DNA of 64,000 nt from Atribacterota bacterium (GCA_040767965.1 JAXGNR010000004.1:704001-768000); one strand, 5' to 3'. Shown: positions 20,670 through 32,834, counted from the first letter of the stretch. Notes: generated from the sequence alone by a model not told the origin. Translations and numbers: made by a program.

Positions 20670-21299
20670 TTATTTTGTTCCAAACAAACGATCACCTGCA
20701 TCTCCAAGACCTGGAACTATATAAGCATGATCATTTAAGCCTTCATCTATAGTTGCAGTGTATATGGCAATTTCAGGAAAATGTTTGTGTATTTCATGGA
20801 TACCCTGAGGGGCAGCGACAATACACATAAATTTTATATTAGATTTGGTGTGATTTTTTATATATTCGATTGTTGCTACAGCAGTTCCGCCAGTAGCCAG
20901 CATAGGATCCACTACTATCACCTCTCTTTTATCAATATCTTTAGGCAATTTTGCATAATAGCTAACTGGTTTTAAGGTATCCGGATCTCTGTACATACCT
21001 ACATGTCCAACTTTAGCAGAAGGAATTAATTTTAAAATACCACCTACCATTCCTAGTCCAGCCCTTAAAATAGCAATTATAGCCATTTTTTTACCAGAAA
21101 TTATTTTACCTGTTGTTTTAGCAATAGGAGTTTCTATTTTAATTTCTTTTAATTCTATGTCTCTGGTAACTTCATATGCCATCAAATTGGAAAGTTCATC
21201 TACAAGTTCACGAAAATCTTTTACATCAGTCTTTTTATTTCTGAGCATGGTTAGCTTATGCTGAATCAAAGGATGGTCTAGTATTATAGTGTTTTTCAA
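20670..21299 (-). CDS. upp: Uracil phosphoribosyltransferase
   Basis: [30 protein letters not shown]. Confidence 0.98.
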   Translation of the reverse strand: MKNTIILDHPLIQHKLTMLRNKKTDVKDFRELVDELSNLMAYEVTRDIELKEIKIETPIAKTTGKIISGKKMAIIAILRAGLGMVGGILKLIPSAKVGHVGMYRDPDTLKPVSYYAKLPKDIDKREVIVVDPMLATGGTAVATIEYIKNHTKSNIKFMCIVAAPQGIHEIHKHFPEIAIYTATIDEGLNDHAYIVPGLGDAGDRLFGTK

Positions 21300-21343
21300 A
21301 ATATTTCCTCCAAATTATTATATAGTTTTAATTATTTGCTATT

Positions 21344-21799
21344 TTAAATTGTAGAATTATTGTTAATATTTTCTATTTTAGTTAATCTTAATTTATGTCT
21401 TTCTTCATTGCTGAAGTCTGTAGTAAGCCAGGTTTTTATGATATCTCCAGCGAGTCCGATTGATATTACTCTTCCACCCAATGCAAGCACATTAGCATTA
21501 TTATGCTCTTTTGATTTTCTTGCAGAAAAAGTATCATGGCAAAGAGAAGCCCTGATTCCCTGATATTTATTTGCTGCAATAGACATGCCTATTCCTGTTC
21601 CACAGATCAAAATCCCGCAATCACTTTCTTTATTAATTATAGAGTTACAGACTTTTTCAGCATAATCAGGATAATGAACTGATTCTTTGTTGTTACAGCC
21701 AAAATCAAAATAAGCATAATTCAATTTCTGTAAAAAAGTAATAATATCTTTTTTTAAATCATAACCACCATGATCACTTGCAATTGCTATTTTTAGCAT
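21344..21799 (-). CDS. rpiB: Ribose-5-phosphate isomerase B
   Basis: SDHGG, CGTGIG, HNNANVL, RH..R. Confidence 0.95.
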   Translation of the reverse strand: MLKIAIASDHGGYDLKKDIITFLQKLNYAYFDFGCNNKESVHYPDYAEKVCNSIINKESDCGILICGTGIGMSIAANKYQGIRASLCHDTFSARKSKEHNNANVLALGGRVISIGLAGDIIKTWLTTDFSNEERHKLRLTKIENINNNSTI

Positions 21800-21814
21800 A
21801 TTTTTATACCATTC

Positions 21815-22288
21815 CTATCTTAATATATTTATTAATTCCTGAATGCCAATATCTATTTGATTACATATTTTTTCATATATGCAAAGATCTTCTCCAAAAG
21901 GGTCTTCTATTTCTTTTCCAGCTTCATTATTTTTAGTATTAATTCCTATATATTCACCAAACAAAAATATTTTATTCTTTTGTTCTGGATATTTATTATT
22001 CAGGTAATTCAGTTGACTGAAAGTCATAGTCAGCACCAAAAAAGCGTTTCTTATTAGTGTTAAATTTACAGGTTTGGATGTATGAGTAGAAATATCAATG
22101 TTTCTTTTTTTTAAGCAGGTAACAGTTTCTTTTGTAGCATGAATCCCTTTTTCTGCAAATATTCCAGCTGAATCAGCCTGGAAATTATTTTTTAAATTTA
22201 GCAAGTTGATTTTATTGTTAAAAAAATATTCAGCCATAACACTTCGGCAAGTGTTGCCGGTGCAGATAAATAAAATAGTGTTTTTCAA
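21815..22288 (-). CDS. Low-molecular-weight protein arginine/tyrosine phosphatase (YwlE-like)
   Basis: CTGNTCRS P-loop, IEDPFG; position prmC-ywlE-rpiB as in Bacillus. Confidence 0.9.
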   Translation of the reverse strand: MKNTILFICTGNTCRSVMAEYFFNNKINLLNLKNNFQADSAGIFAEKGIHATKETVTCLKKRNIDISTHTSKPVNLTLIRNAFLVLTMTFSQLNYLNNKYPEQKNKIFLFGEYIGINTKNNEAGKEIEDPFGEDLCIYEKICNQIDIGIQELINILR

Positions 22289-22290
22289 GA

Positions 22291-23223
22291 TTAATCCTTA
22301 ATTTTATAATTTTTTTTATAAGCAAACAAGATTCTATAATTATGAAAGTAATCACGGAACAGACTTATTTTACTTTCATAACAGGGATTTTTTAGTATCA
22401 GCTGACTAATCAGATTTTTTTGAGTATGTCCGATTTCAAAAGCTAAAAAACCATTACTATCATTCAAGTATCTTGGAGATTCTTTTATAATTTTTTCATA
22501 AAAGTACAATCCTTTTTTACCTCCATAAAGGGCTTTTACAGGTTCATGTTCGGCAACTTCATCTGCCAGGACAGGCCATTCTAAATCAGAAATATAGGGG
22601 GGATTAGATACTATTCCATCAAATAAGCTAATATATTTTTTATCTTGCAATGATTTAAACAAATTACTCTGAATAAATGTTATCCTGTCTTTGCAGTTAA
22701 ATAAATTTGCATTTTCTTCTGCTATTTCAAGAGCTTTTTTGGATATATCAATCGCATAAAAATGAACGCTGATATTTGTGTTTTTGAAGTATTGGCAAAT
22801 AGAAACAGGAATAATACCAGAGCCAACCCCGATATCCAATAGAAAAAAGATTTTTTTGTCTTTTTGGTTTTTGATAAATTCAATAACTTTTTCTACCAAT
22901 ATTTCAGTTTCTGGCCTGGGAATAAGAACTCCCTTTCTGACTATAAAATCGTGTCCCATGAAATTTTGATAACCGGTAATGTATTGTACGGGTATTCCCT
23001 TGCTTCTCTTATTTATCCATTGAATATATTTTGCTTTGATATTAGCAGGAACAATCTCAAAACGGTTTATAAATATTTCGTGTCTTTTTTTGTTTAGCAA
23101 ATAACTTAACAGTAACAAGGAGTCATCAATATACATTTGGTTTCCATTTTTTTTTAATAAATCACAACCAAAAGTAAATAATTCTCCTATAGTTGTAACA
23201 GTTTTGGATTTATTATTTTTCAT
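22291..23223 (-). CDS. prmC: Release factor glutamine methyltransferase
   Basis: VLIPRPETE, DIGVGSG, SNPPY; start reassigned to ATG 23223 downstream of prfA stop. Confidence 0.95.
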   Translation of the reverse strand: MKNNKSKTVTTIGELFTFGCDLLKKNGNQMYIDDSLLLLSYLLNKKRHEIFINRFEIVPANIKAKYIQWINKRSKGIPVQYITGYQNFMGHDFIVRKGVLIPRPETEILVEKVIEFIKNQKDKKIFFLLDIGVGSGIIPVSICQYFKNTNISVHFYAIDISKKALEIAEENANLFNCKDRITFIQSNLFKSLQDKKYISLFDGIVSNPPYISDLEWPVLADEVAEHEPVKALYGGKKGLYFYEKIIKESPRYLNDSNGFLAFEIGHTQKNLISQLILKNPCYESKISLFRDYFHNYRILFAYKKNYKIKD

Positions 23224-23236
23224 TGATATTTTCATT

Positions 23237-24277
23237 TTATTTTTTATTTTTAAAAGCAACAATAAGTTCGCTGAGATCTCCATCAAGAAGTTCTTCCAGA
23301 TTATGAAAATTAACATTAATCCGATGATCTGTTACTCTGTTTTGTGGGAAGTTGTACGTTCGAATTCTTTCGCTGCGATCTCCGGTTCCTACCTGTTTTT
23401 TTCTTTGTTCATCAATTTCCTGGTTTTGCTCTTTTTGCAATCGATCTAATAATCTTGCTCTAAGCACTTTTAGTGCTTTTTCTTTATTTTTATGCTGAGA
23501 CTTTTCATCCTGACAGGTAACCACAATTCCGGTTGGTAAATGAGTAACCCTTACTGCCGAATCAGTTGTATTAACACTTTGTCCTCCTGGACCAGTTGAA
23601 CGAAAGCGATCAATTTTTAATTCATTAGGGTTAATATCCATTTCTACTTCTTCTGCTTCAGGTAGAATGGCCACAGTAACAGTTGATGTGTGAATTCTGC
23701 CTCCTGATTCAGTTACCGGTATTCGCTGTACCCGGTGAACACCACTTTCCTGTTTAAGTGCTCCAAAAACATTTTCCCCGGATATTCCGAAAATTATTTC
23801 TTTCAAGCCTCCAATCCCTGTGGGATTTGAATTCATGACTTCCACTTTCCAGCGGTTCCTTTCAGCAAAACGAGAGTACATTCGATATAGATCGCTAACA
23901 AAAAGTGCAGCCTCATCCCCACCTGCTCCAGCCCTAATCTCAACAATAATATTTTTTTTATTTCTAGGATCTTCCGGATTCAGTATTTCTTTTAATTCTT
24001 CTATTATTATATTCTTTTGATTTGATAAGCTGGAAATTTCCTCATCAATCATAGTAAGCAAGTCATTATCATTTTCTTCTTTTTTTAATTGTTCGTTTTC
24101 AGCCAGCTCTTTTTCTGTTTCTTTATATTTTTGATACAACTGAACAGTTTTGGAGATTTCACTATGTCTTTTAGCAAATTTTTGAAATTGTTCCTGATCT
24201 GCAATTATCTGAGGATCAGAAAGATATTTGTTTAAGTCTTGATATTCTTTTTCTATATTATCCAATTTTTCAAACAT
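23237..24277 (-). CDS. prfA: Peptide chain release factor 1
   Basis: PVT recognition motif (RIPVTE), GGQ, ERIRTYN. Confidence 0.97.
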   Translation of the reverse strand: MFEKLDNIEKEYQDLNKYLSDPQIIADQEQFQKFAKRHSEISKTVQLYQKYKETEKELAENEQLKKEENDNDLLTMIDEEISSLSNQKNIIIEELKEILNPEDPRNKKNIIVEIRAGAGGDEAALFVSDLYRMYSRFAERNRWKVEVMNSNPTGIGGLKEIIFGISGENVFGALKQESGVHRVQRIPVTESGGRIHTSTVTVAILPEAEEVEMDINPNELKIDRFRSTGPGGQSVNTTDSAVRVTHLPTGIVVTCQDEKSQHKNKEKALKVLRARLLDRLQKEQNQEIDEQRKKQVGTGDRSERIRTYNFPQNRVTDHRINVNFHNLEELLDGDLSELIVAFKNKK

Positions 24278-24323
24278 TTTTTCACTGCTTTCTTAGAAAA
24301 AATAAATTATTATTTTGAGTCAC

Positions 24324-25004
24324 TTAGTTATTTGACATTCTTTTCCAGGGTTTTCCGCAAGACATCTCACCTTCGGGACATTTGCCAGTCAAACAAGGGG
24401 GACCAGCACTTTCAAAGATAACTGGAGCAATTTCTTTTGCTAGTTTCAACATTTCAACAGCAACTTCTCTTATTTCCCACTGAGCCCTATTGCAGCATCG
24501 CAATTTAAAGAAATGAAGCAATTCTCTAGCGTTTGCAGTAAATATTATGCTGGTAAACACTGCCTGCGGTAAAATATATCGTGCATCTTCAGCAGGTATC
24601 CCGGCAGAAATCAGCTCCTGATATAAGTTAAAATTGTTTATCAGTGCCTCGTGATAGATTGATTTGGCTTTTTCATTATTATTAATTGTGGTTGGAACTA
24701 TATAATTTTTAGGGTCATTATATTTTACATATCTTTGACTTCTTTGAGAAAAAGAAGCAATTCGGTGTCTTACCAGTTGATGAGTGCATACTCGTGAGAC
24801 ATTTTCAATGCCGAATGAAAAAGAAACATGTTCCAAAACAGAGTAATGACCTAATTTCATTATTTTCTTTATCAGGCTTCCCTGGGTCTTTTTATCCATT
24901 GAGCAGGCAATGTCAGCAATACTTTTAGCAGAATAACACAATCTAGCTGCCTGGGAAACAGTTTTTTCTGGATTTTCTGTATAATTAATTAAAGTTATTT
25001 TCAT
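24324..25004 (-). CDS. thyX: FAD-dependent thymidylate synthase
   Basis: GHYSVLEH, RHRIASFSQRSQRY ThyX motif, AQWEIR; start likely MKITLI at 25004. Confidence 0.96.
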   Translation of the reverse strand: MKITLINYTENPEKTVSQAARLCYSAKSIADIACSMDKKTQGSLIKKIMKLGHYSVLEHVSFSFGIENVSRVCTHQLVRHRIASFSQRSQRYVKYNDPKNYIVPTTINNNEKAKSIYHEALINNFNLYQELISAGIPAEDARYILPQAVFTSIIFTANARELLHFFKLRCCNRAQWEIREVAVEMLKLAKEIAPVIFESAGPPCLTGKCPEGEMSCGKPWKRMSNN

Positions 25005-25011
25005 ATTTTTC

Positions 25012-25587
25012 CTATCTGTTAATTTGATGATGCTTTCTACATCTAGCTTCATATGTCTCATCAGCACCAATTAAAATAGTCGGGTCATTGTAATGCGCAG
25101 GTTTTCCATTTATTATCCTTTGTGTTCTAGATGCAGGTTTCCCGCATACCATACAAATGGCATGTAATTTATCCACATATTCAGCTATTCCCAGCAATAA
25201 AGGTATCGGTCCAAAAGGCTCACCTCTAAAATCCTGATCAAGTCCAGCAACAATAACTCTTTTACCTAAATCAGCAAGTTTTTGACATACAAAGACAATC
25301 TTATTGTCAAAAAACTGTGCCTCATCTATGGCAACAGCTTCGCAATTTTCAGGAATATTATTTATTATATCTGTTGATTTATTAACACAATTAGCCAGTA
25401 TTTTACTTCCATTATGCGAAAAAATATATTCAGCTGCAGAGCGTGTATCAATAGCGGGCTTAAAAATTACAATCTTTTTTTTAGCTATCTCAACACGTTT
25501 TACTCTCCTGATTAATTCTTCACTTTTACCGCTAAACATGCTGCCGCAAATGACTTCAATACTTCCACCGTCATAAGCTTCATGCAT
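25012..25587 (-). CDS. tdk: Thymidine kinase
   Basis: [26 protein letters not shown]; start at 25587 after GGAGGG. Confidence 0.97.
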   Translation of the reverse strand: MHEAYDGGSIEVICGSMFSGKSEELIRRVKRVEIAKKKIVIFKPAIDTRSAAEYIFSHNGSKILANCVNKSTDIINNIPENCEAVAIDEAQFFDNKIVFVCQKLADLGKRVIVAGLDQDFRGEPFGPIPLLLGIAEYVDKLHAICMVCGKPASRTQRIINGKPAHYNDPTILIGADETYEARCRKHHQINR

Positions 25588-25641
25588 TATAATAATCCCT
25601 CCAGGAGCGTTATGCAATATTTGAAATAGAAATGAAAGAAT

Positions 25642-25687
25642 ATTAATAATAAAAAACAGAGCTTTAGCCCTGTTTTTTATTATTAAT
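25642..25687. terminator. Intrinsic terminator hairpin after rpmE
   Basis: 18-bp perfect inverted repeat attaataataaaaaacag / ctgttttttattattaat. Confidence 0.8.
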
Positions 25688-25727
25688 TATTAAACATTTA
25701 AAATATTAGAGTGAAAATGGTTTTTAT

Positions 25728-25964
25728 CTAAACCTCTTCATCGTTACTAGTTTCTTCAAGTTCATTTTCCAGATTGTATCTGCGGTTAAATTTTTCCACT
25801 CTTCCGGCTGAATCAAATATTTTTTGTTTACCAGTAAAAAATGGATGGCAAGCAGAACAGACTTCTACTCTTATTTCTTCTTTTGTAGAGCTTGTTTCAA
25901 AGGTATTTCCACATGCGCAGATCACTTTAGATTTACCGTATTTTGGATGTATATCTTTTTTCAT
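25728..25964 (-). CDS. rpmE: 50S ribosomal protein L31 (zinc-binding type)
   Basis: [33 protein letters not shown]. Confidence 0.98.
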   Translation of the reverse strand: MKKDIHPKYGKSKVICACGNTFETSSTKEEIRVEVCSACHPFFTGKQKIFDSAGRVEKFNRRYNLENELEETSNDEEV

Positions 25965-26011
25965 TATTATTAATCCACCTTAGTTTTTATAAAAACTGAA
26001 TTTCCGAAAAA

Positions 26012-26040
26012 ATTATATCATAAGTAATTAAAACCGTCAA
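26012..26040 (-). promoter_or_regulatory. Sigma70/SigA promoter of rpmE
   Basis: TTGACG-17 nt-TATAAT with TGn extended -10. Confidence 0.8.
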
Positions 26041-26056
26041 AAACATTTGGGCTGTT

Positions 26057-27316
26057 TTATCTGTTATTATTTTCATCTTTTATAGCATTTAAGAAATCAC
26101 TATTGTTTTTAGTTTTTTTCAGCTTGTTTAAGATTAAACTAATGGCATCAATAGTGCTTTGATTTGATAGGGCTCTTCTCATCAGCCAGGCTTTGCTTAA
26201 TTCATCAGCTTCCAGTAATAATTCTTCTTTTCTGGTGCCGGAACGTTTGATATCAATGGCCGGGAATATTCTGCTATCAGATATTTCTCTATCCAGCTTT
26301 AGTTCCATATTTCCTGTTCCCTTAAATTCTTCAAAGATAACATCATCCATTCGGCTGCCAGTTTCAACCAGGGCAGTTGCCAGAATAGTCAAACTGCCTC
26401 CTTCTTCAATATTACGAGCTGCGCCAAAAAATCTTTTCGGGTAATATAAAGCAGTGGAGTCAAGACCACCGGATAATGTTTTACCGCTGGTGGGAATATT
26501 TAAGTTGTAAGCTCTGGCCAATCTAGTTATACTATCGAGTAGAATAACTACATCATGTTTTAGTTCTACTAATCTTTTAGCTCTTTCTAATACTATCTCG
26601 GCTACTTTAATATGATGGTTTATAGGCTGATCAAATGTTGAACTTATTACTTCAGCATTGTTTACTGATCGTTTCATTCCGGTAACTTCTTCCGGTCTTT
26701 CATCTATCAGGAGAATCATTAATTTTGTTTCAGGATGATTTTCAGTAATTCCATTGGCAATTTTTTCCAATAGGATTGTCTTTCCCGCTTTTGGAGGTGA
26801 AACTATTATTCCCCTTTGACCTTTCCCTATGGGAGAAAAAATATCTATCACTCTTGTGGATAGTTCATATGGCTTTGTTTCAAGAATAAATCTTTCATTT
26901 GGAAATAAAGGGGTCAAATTTTCAAAATCTATTCTGTCTTTTGAAAGTTCAGGATCTTCATGATTTACAGCCTCTACTTTTAATAAAGCGAAATATCTTT
27001 CACCTTCTTTAGGGTATCGTACTTGACCGGAAACCAGATCACCATTACTCAAGTTAAATCTTTTTATCTGGGACGGAGAAATATAGATATCATTTGTACT
27101 GGGTAAATATCCTCCTGTCCGTAAAAATCCAAAACCTTCCTTCATAATATCAAGGATGCCTTCAGAAAACATGTATCCTTTTTTTTCTGTTTGTGCTTTT
27201 AAAATATTAAATATCAAATCTATTTTTTTCATGCGAGCACAATTATTTATTTCGAATTCGTTGGCAATTTTACACAATTCATTTATTTTCATTTCTTTTA
27301 ATTCATTTAATTCCAA
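26057..27316 (-). CDS. rho: Transcription termination factor Rho
   Basis: [47 protein letters not shown]. Confidence 0.99.
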   Translation of the reverse strand: MELNELKEMKINELCKIANEFEINNCARMKKIDLIFNILKAQTEKKGYMFSEGILDIMKEGFGFLRTGGYLPSTNDIYISPSQIKRFNLSNGDLVSGQVRYPKEGERYFALLKVEAVNHEDPELSKDRIDFENLTPLFPNERFILETKPYELSTRVIDIFSPIGKGQRGIIVSPPKAGKTILLEKIANGITENHPETKLMILLIDERPEEVTGMKRSVNNAEVISSTFDQPINHHIKVAEIVLERAKRLVELKHDVVILLDSITRLARAYNLNIPTSGKTLSGGLDSTALYYPKRFFGAARNIEEGGSLTILATALVETGSRMDDVIFEEFKGTGNMELKLDREISDSRIFPAIDIKRSGTRKEELLLEADELSKAWLMRRALSNQSTIDAISLILNKLKKTKNNSDFLNAIKDENNNR

Positions 27317-27572
27317 TATAAAAACCCCCTAGAGTATAAATATCAAAAATACAGATAAAAAAGCATGATTTTTACTTAAATAAAAAATATTGCTATTTGG
27401 AAAGTTTATTAACAATTTTTTTTGTTTTGTCTTTTAAGCAAAAAATATAATTTACACATTAAAGTTCAGGCACATAATTATTTAAAAACCCTCAATTATA
27501 ACAAACAGTATTTGTTTAGATATGCAGTGGGATAAATATTCATGAAGAATAACCCTGGAGTTATCAATCTAA

Positions 27573-27600
27573 ATTATATCACTTATCTTTAAAAAAACAA
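27573..27600 (-). promoter_or_regulatory. Putative promoter of rho giving a long 5' leader
   Basis: TTGTTT-16 nt-TATAAT with TGn, about 255 nt upstream of the rho start. Confidence 0.55.
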
Positions 27601-27643
27601 TACATTAATATTTTTATTTTTTAATAATATAAAATATAATCAG

Positions 27644-28396
27644 TTAATTATTTTTATTTAATTCACGTAAAATAAGTTCATAATCACTTAACTTGTCAAG
27701 ATCAATCATTATCTCGGGATTATCAATTAGAATGCCTTTTACAGGGAAACCAACTATTTCAGCAGCTCTTTTTTCTATCTCTTCGATAGTCAATGTTTTG
27801 CATAAATATTTTATTATAAATTTCATCCCTAATAGATTGATATATTTTTTAACATCTTTACGCTTTTCATAAACTTCGTTTAACAGGTTTTTATTTTTTT
27901 CAAAAATAGCCTTTGAAAAAATAATAACATTTCCACCACAAAAAAAACCTTCTTTCAAAGAAGCGTAAGATCTAACTGTATCAGGATATTTTTCCAATAT
28001 TGTTTCTTTCCTGATAAAAGGATAATACAAGAAAGCCTCATATTTTTCACTTTTTTCAATAAAATTATCAATTATTGTTCCTGATATTAGAGGGATATCA
28101 GCGGTGGAAACAAATATTTTATCACTTTTTATATAGTCCAGTCCTATTTTTAAATTATTAACAATGGAATCGGTTGAATCAAGTATTTTATTAACTTTTC
28201 CATCCAAAAAATGAGATAATTCCAGTTGAGGTCCTACTATAACAATATTGTTAATTTTATGAGATTTACATATAGCATCAACTATATATTCAATCATTGG
28301 GACACCATTTAGAAGCAACAGAGCTTTGTTATTAAATTTGTTATTAGAGCCTATATTGTTTTTATCTTTTCCGCCAGCAAGTATTAAAGCATCCAT
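27644..28396 (-). CDS. Nucleotidyltransferase family protein (MobA-like NTP transferase fold)
   Basis: DALILAGG, KALL..G.PM, TADIP, IDLD; overlaps pyrG stop by 1 nt. Confidence 0.75.
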   Translation of the reverse strand: MDALILAGGKDKNNIGSNNKFNNKALLLLNGVPMIEYIVDAICKSHKINNIVIVGPQLELSHFLDGKVNKILDSTDSIVNNLKIGLDYIKSDKIFVSTADIPLISGTIIDNFIEKSEKYEAFLYYPFIRKETILEKYPDTVRSYASLKEGFFCGGNVIIFSKAIFEKNKNLLNEVYEKRKDVKKYINLLGMKFIIKYLCKTLTIEEIEKRAAEIVGFPVKGILIDNPEIMIDLDKLSDYELILRELNKNN

Positions 28397-30039
28397 TAAT
28401 CTTTTACTCCAGGCTTATTTTTTTGATTACCTTTAGTCAAATTATTAATTGCTGCCTCTATAAAACCAACAAAAACAGGATGGGGAGAATTTGGTCTTGA
28501 TTTGAATTCTGGGTGGAATTGCATTCCGACAAACCAGGGGTGATCCTTCAATTCAAATATTTCGACTAAATTATTCTCAACATTGATACCGCTAAAAATT
28601 ATATCATTTTCTTCAAACTTTGGCAAAAAAGAATTATTGAATTCATAACGATGGCGATGTCTTTCTTTTATGAATTCTTTTTTGTACATTTGATATGCTT
28701 TGCTGTTTTTATCAATTTTACAGTCATAATTACCTAATCGCATTGTTCCGCCTTTATCCTGGCATTTTTTCTGCTGTTCCATTAATACAAATATCGGGTA
28801 AGGGGTGTCCGGTGAAAATTCAGTACTGTTAGCATCTGATAATCCGATTTTATTGCGGGCGATTTCTATTAACGCACATTGCATTCCAAGGCAAATTCCC
28901 ATAAAAGGTATTTTATTTTCACGGGCATATTTTATTGCTTTTATTTTGCCTTCAATTCCTCTAACACCAAAACCTCCTGGTATTAATACAGCATTGATAT
29001 CTTTTAGAGAATCTTTATAGTTATTACTGAAAAATTGATCTGCATCTATTCTCTTTATTTCAATTTTACATTTATGGTATATTCCAGCATGGATCAATGC
29101 TTCATTTATACTCATATATGCATCTTTTAACCGAACATATTTTCCTATCAATGCTACATTGATTTTTTTATCAGGATGGTAAAGCCGGTTAATCATTTCT
29201 TTCCATTCATGTAAATCTGCCTTTTTCTTAGGAAGATTAAGCAGATTTAAAATAGTATCGCCTAATTGTTGTTCTTCCAGTATGATAGGCACTTCATAAA
29301 TAGAGTTTACATCTTTGGCTTCAATAATCCCTTCTTTGGGAATATCACAAAAGAGGGATATTTTATCTTTTACTGAGTCTGTCAGTCTTGATTGAGATCT
29401 ACAGATCAATAAATCCGGTTGAATCCCTATTCCCCTCAATTCTTTGATGCTATGCTGGGTTGGTTTTGATTTAATTTCTTTTGCAGCTCTTAAATATGGG
29501 AAAAAAGATACATGAACATACAAAACATTTTCTTTTCCTATATCGTTTCTGAATTGCCTGATTGCTTCAAGAAAAGGCAATCCTTCAATATCTCCAATAG
29601 TTCCCCCTATTTCTACAATAATAACATCCAGTGTTGTTTGACCTGGCTTGTTTAACCGTTTGATGCTTGATTTAATTTCATCGGTAATGTGAGGTATTAT
29701 TTGTACTGTTTTACCTAAAAAATCTCCGTGTCTCTCTTTGGAAATCACTGTATTATATATCTTTCCTGTAGTGACACTATTGTCTTTAGTGAGATCAACA
29801 TCAATAAATCTTTCATAATGGCCTAGATCTAAGTCAGTTTCAGCTCCGTCTTTAGTTACAAATGCTTCGCCATGTTGAAAAGGGCTCATGGTACCAGCGT
29901 CAACATTTAGATAGGGATCATGTTTTTGGATTGTTACTTTCAATCCTCTGCTTTTTAATATTCTCCCGATAGAGGCAGCAGTAATACCTTTTCCTACCGA
30001 TGAAACAACTCCTCCTGTTATAAAAATATATTTTGTCAT
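28396..30039 (-). CDS. pyrG: CTP synthase
   Basis: [45 protein letters not shown]. Confidence 0.99.
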   Translation of the reverse strand: MTKYIFITGGVVSSVGKGITAASIGRILKSRGLKVTIQKHDPYLNVDAGTMSPFQHGEAFVTKDGAETDLDLGHYERFIDVDLTKDNSVTTGKIYNTVISKERHGDFLGKTVQIIPHITDEIKSSIKRLNKPGQTTLDVIIVEIGGTIGDIEGLPFLEAIRQFRNDIGKENVLYVHVSFFPYLRAAKEIKSKPTQHSIKELRGIGIQPDLLICRSQSRLTDSVKDKISLFCDIPKEGIIEAKDVNSIYEVPIILEEQQLGDTILNLLNLPKKKADLHEWKEMINRLYHPDKKINVALIGKYVRLKDAYMSINEALIHAGIYHKCKIEIKRIDADQFFSNNYKDSLKDINAVLIPGGFGVRGIEGKIKAIKYARENKIPFMGICLGMQCALIEIARNKIGLSDANSTEFSPDTPYPIFVLMEQQKKCQDKGGTMRLGNYDCKIDKNSKAYQMYKKEFIKERHRHRYEFNNSFLPKFEENDIIFSGINVENNLVEIFELKDHPWFVGMQFHPEFKSRPNSPHPVFVGFIEAAINNLTKGNQKNKPGVKD

Positions 30040-30197
30040 TTATTTCCCCTATTCACTTTTAATAGTTTATATATTATTCATACTTTTAATGTTAATCAAA
30101 ATAAAATTATACTAACTTCAATCAACAAAACACTTTAATATTATAATAGTATATTTGTAAAAAAAAAGAGTTTCAGGATATTTTTTATAAAAAATAT

Positions 30198-30833
30198 TCA
30201 GTAATTTAAAATATATATAATGGTTTTATCCGGAAGGTTGCCTTGTTTAATTTCAAAAAAATTATTTCGAATTAAAGAAATATTTTTCTTTTCTTCTAAA
30301 AAAGTGGATAAAGGATCGATAGACCATTTTATGGCATCAGTTTTATAATGCATTGGCAAAACTATTTTAGGTTTTATTTGGGCAATCACCTGGTCTGCCT
30401 GGTGATTATTCAGTGTAAAATAACCACCGACAGGGATAAACAATATATCTATCAAACCGATTTTTTCCAATTGGTCATCATCCAGGAGATGCCCAAGATC
30501 ACCAAGATGACATAAAGTTAGGTTATCAGTAAGAATCTTAAATATAGTGTTTTCACCTCTATTCTTACCGAAAACACTATCATGAAATGATGATATCCCC
30601 TGAAATATAATTTTATGAGTATCTCTATAAACCGGGCCTTTTAACACAGTAGGCTTACCTTTAATACCCATTGTGTTGTTGTGATCATAATGCTCGTGAC
30701 TTATGGTAATGATATTTATTTTTTCTTTAGTCATTTTATAGCCTAATGTTTCATCAAATGGATCTGTTAATATATTTATTCCCCTATCATTAGTTATAAG
30801 AAAGCAAGAATGACCTAACCATTTAATAATCAT
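30198..30833 (-). CDS. Metallo-beta-lactamase fold Zn-dependent hydrolase
   Basis: WLGHSCF, TDPF, SHEHYDH, HLGDLG, PMHY. Confidence 0.88.
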   Translation of the reverse strand: MIIKWLGHSCFLITNDRGINILTDPFDETLGYKMTKEKINIITISHEHYDHNNTMGIKGKPTVLKGPVYRDTHKIIFQGISSFHDSVFGKNRGENTIFKILTDNLTLCHLGDLGHLLDDDQLEKIGLIDILFIPVGGYFTLNNHQADQVIAQIKPKIVLPMHYKTDAIKWSIDPLSTFLEEKKNISLIRNNFFEIKQGNLPDKTIIYILNY

Positions 30834-30859
30834 TTTAAAAAACCTTTAACCGGACAGTT

Positions 30860-31360
30860 TTATTTATAATTTTTCATTAATTCTGAGTAGTGCAAAGCAT
30901 GTTCTTTTAATCCTGCAATTTCTTTTTCAGTTAATTTTCTAATAACTTTCCCAGGTATTCCCATTACCATAGAATTAGCAGGGATAATTGTGTTAGGAGA
31001 GATAACACTTCCTGCTGCTATAATTGAACTCTCTCCAACTTCTACTCCGTCCAGAATATTCGCGCCTGATCCAATCAAAACATTATTTTGAACTGTACAG
31101 GCATGCAATATAGCACCATGTCCAATTGTAACATAATTACCTATTTTTGTGGGATGATTTTTCCCTACATGGATTATAGTACCGTCCTGCACACTTGTGT
31201 AATGCCCAATAGATATACAATCCAAATCTCCTCTTAAAATTGCACCAAACCATATACTGCTATGTTTTTCAATATATACTTGTCCAATCACGGAAGCATT
31301 AACTGCAACAAAAACAGTATCGTCAATTACTGGTTTGTTATTCTGATAACTTAAAATCAT
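30860..31360 (-). CDS. Gamma carbonic anhydrase family protein
   Basis: Hexapeptide repeats, LRGD, QD..IIH, TIGHGAILHAC. Confidence 0.9.
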   Translation of the reverse strand: MILSYQNNKPVIDDTVFVAVNASVIGQVYIEKHSSIWFGAILRGDLDCISIGHYTSVQDGTIIHVGKNHPTKIGNYVTIGHGAILHACTVQNNVLIGSGANILDGVEVGESSIIAAGSVISPNTIIPANSMVMGIPGKVIRKLTEKEIAGLKEHALHYSELMKNYK

Positions 31361-32834
31361 CTCTTGCCTCCAAAACAGTTTTAATTTTTACGGCAGTATT
31401 TTTACCAATACCTGGTATTTCTGTTAATTCATTTATTTGGGCTATTTTTATAGCATTTACACTTTTAAATTTTTTTAAAAGCATCATTTTCTTTTTTTCT
31501 CCTATTCCAGGAATAAAATCTATGACAGATTTTTTAATCAATTTTTCACGTAATTTTTTATGAAATGTAACAGCGAATCGATGTGCTTCATCTCTAATTC
31601 TCTGAATTAAATACAACATTTCAGAATCTTCTGGTAGCAAAAAAGGTTCTTTATTTCCGGGAATAAATATTTCTTCTTCTCTTTTTGCCAAAGATATAAT
31701 ATCCAGGTCTATATTTAAATCGTGTAAAATTTCAAGAACTGAACTTAATTGACCTTTACCTCCATCAATTAATAATAAATCAGGCATTTTTTCTTTTTTT
31801 TCCAGAACATCCTTAAATCTTCTGTAAATAACTTCTTTCATCATTGCAAAATCATTTATTCCCTTTACGTTTTTAATTTTGTAATGTCGATATTTTTTCT
31901 TTTCGGGAACACCTGAATTGAACACTACCATAGAACCAACAGGAATGTCGCCGCTAATATTGGAAATATCAAAAGCTTCGATATGCAAAGGAGTATTCTT
32001 TAAGCCAAGAAAGGCTTGAATATCTGTTAGTGTTTTTATAGAGAAAAAGTTTTCTTTTTTTTGACTTATATAGTATTTTTGTCTTTTTTTATAATATTTA
32101 CTGATTTTTCCTTGTGTAATCAGCTTTTCTATCATTATTATTGAATCCCTGGTGGCAGCAGCCTTTTCATACAGCATAAGTTGAGATGCTATCTTCATCT
32201 CGTTTTTCATTTCTGTTAAAAGTCTTTTATGCTGCCCTATTAAAAGCATTCTGCATTCTCGCACTTTTTTCTGATAATCTTCTTCAGATATTTTATCTGC
32301 ACAAGGAGCAGAACAAAGACCAAGTTGAAAATCCAGACATGCTTTCTTTTGATTGAATTTTCTTTGAGTACAATTTCTAATTTTAAAAATTTCTCTCAAT
32401 TTTTTAACAGAATTTTTAACCATTTCAACATCAACAAAAGGTCCATAATAATAATCTTCTGTGGGAATATTTTTATTACTTTTTCTAATAACACGGATAG
32501 ATGGATAAATATTTTTTTTGTCTATCTGGATAAATGGATAACTTTTATCATCTTTTAGTTGAGTATTAAAATATGGTTTTTCTTTTTTAACCAGGCTGCT
32601 TTCTAAAAGCAATGCTTCCATTTCTGAAGAAGTTAATATATATTCAACATCATAAATTTGTTTTATCAACCTTGAAATTTTAATAGAATGTGAATAATTT
32701 TTATTAAAATATGAGTTTACCCGGTCTTGTAAAGAAATAGCTTTTCCTATATAAATAATATTATTCTGTTTATCCTTAAAAAGATACACACCGTTTTTTT
32801 TGGGGAGTTGTTTAATTTTTTTTATTATATCCAT
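31338..32834 (-). CDS. uvrC: Excinuclease ABC subunit C (compact, 498 aa)
   Basis: GVY...YIGKA GIY-YIG domain, IEAFDISN, IDGGKGQ, RDEAHRFA, HhH C-terminus. Confidence 0.95.
   Translation of the reverse strand: MDIIKKIKQLPKKNGVYLFKDKQNNIIYIGKAISLQDRVNSYFNKNYSHSIKISRLIKQIYDVEYILTSSEMEALLLESSLVKKEKPYFNTQLKDDKSYPFIQIDKKNIYPSIRVIRKSNKNIPTEDYYYGPFVDVEMVKNSVKKLREIFKIRNCTQRKFNQKKACLDFQLGLCSAPCADKISEEDYQKKVRECRMLLIGQHKRLLTEMKNEMKIASQLMLYEKAAATRDSIIMIEKLITQGKISKYYKKRQKYYISQKKENFFSIKTLTDIQAFLGLKNTPLHIEAFDISNISGDIPVGSMVVFNSGVPEKKKYRHYKIKNVKGINDFAMMKEVIYRRFKDVLEKKEKMPDLLLIDGGKGQLSSVLEILHDLNIDLDIISLAKREEEIFIPGNKEPFLLPEDSEMLYLIQRIRDEAHRFAVTFHKKLREKLIKKSVIDFIPGIGEKKKMMLLKKFKSVNAIKIAQINELTEIPGIGKNTAVKIKTVLEARDDFKLSE

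Noticed and set aside
23237-23270. Apparently short C-terminus of RF1 (346 aa)
   Set aside because: All functional motifs are present; loss of a few terminal residues is within normal variation
30040-30197. pyrG reiterative-transcription attenuator
   Set aside because: No GGGC start motif or leader terminator seen
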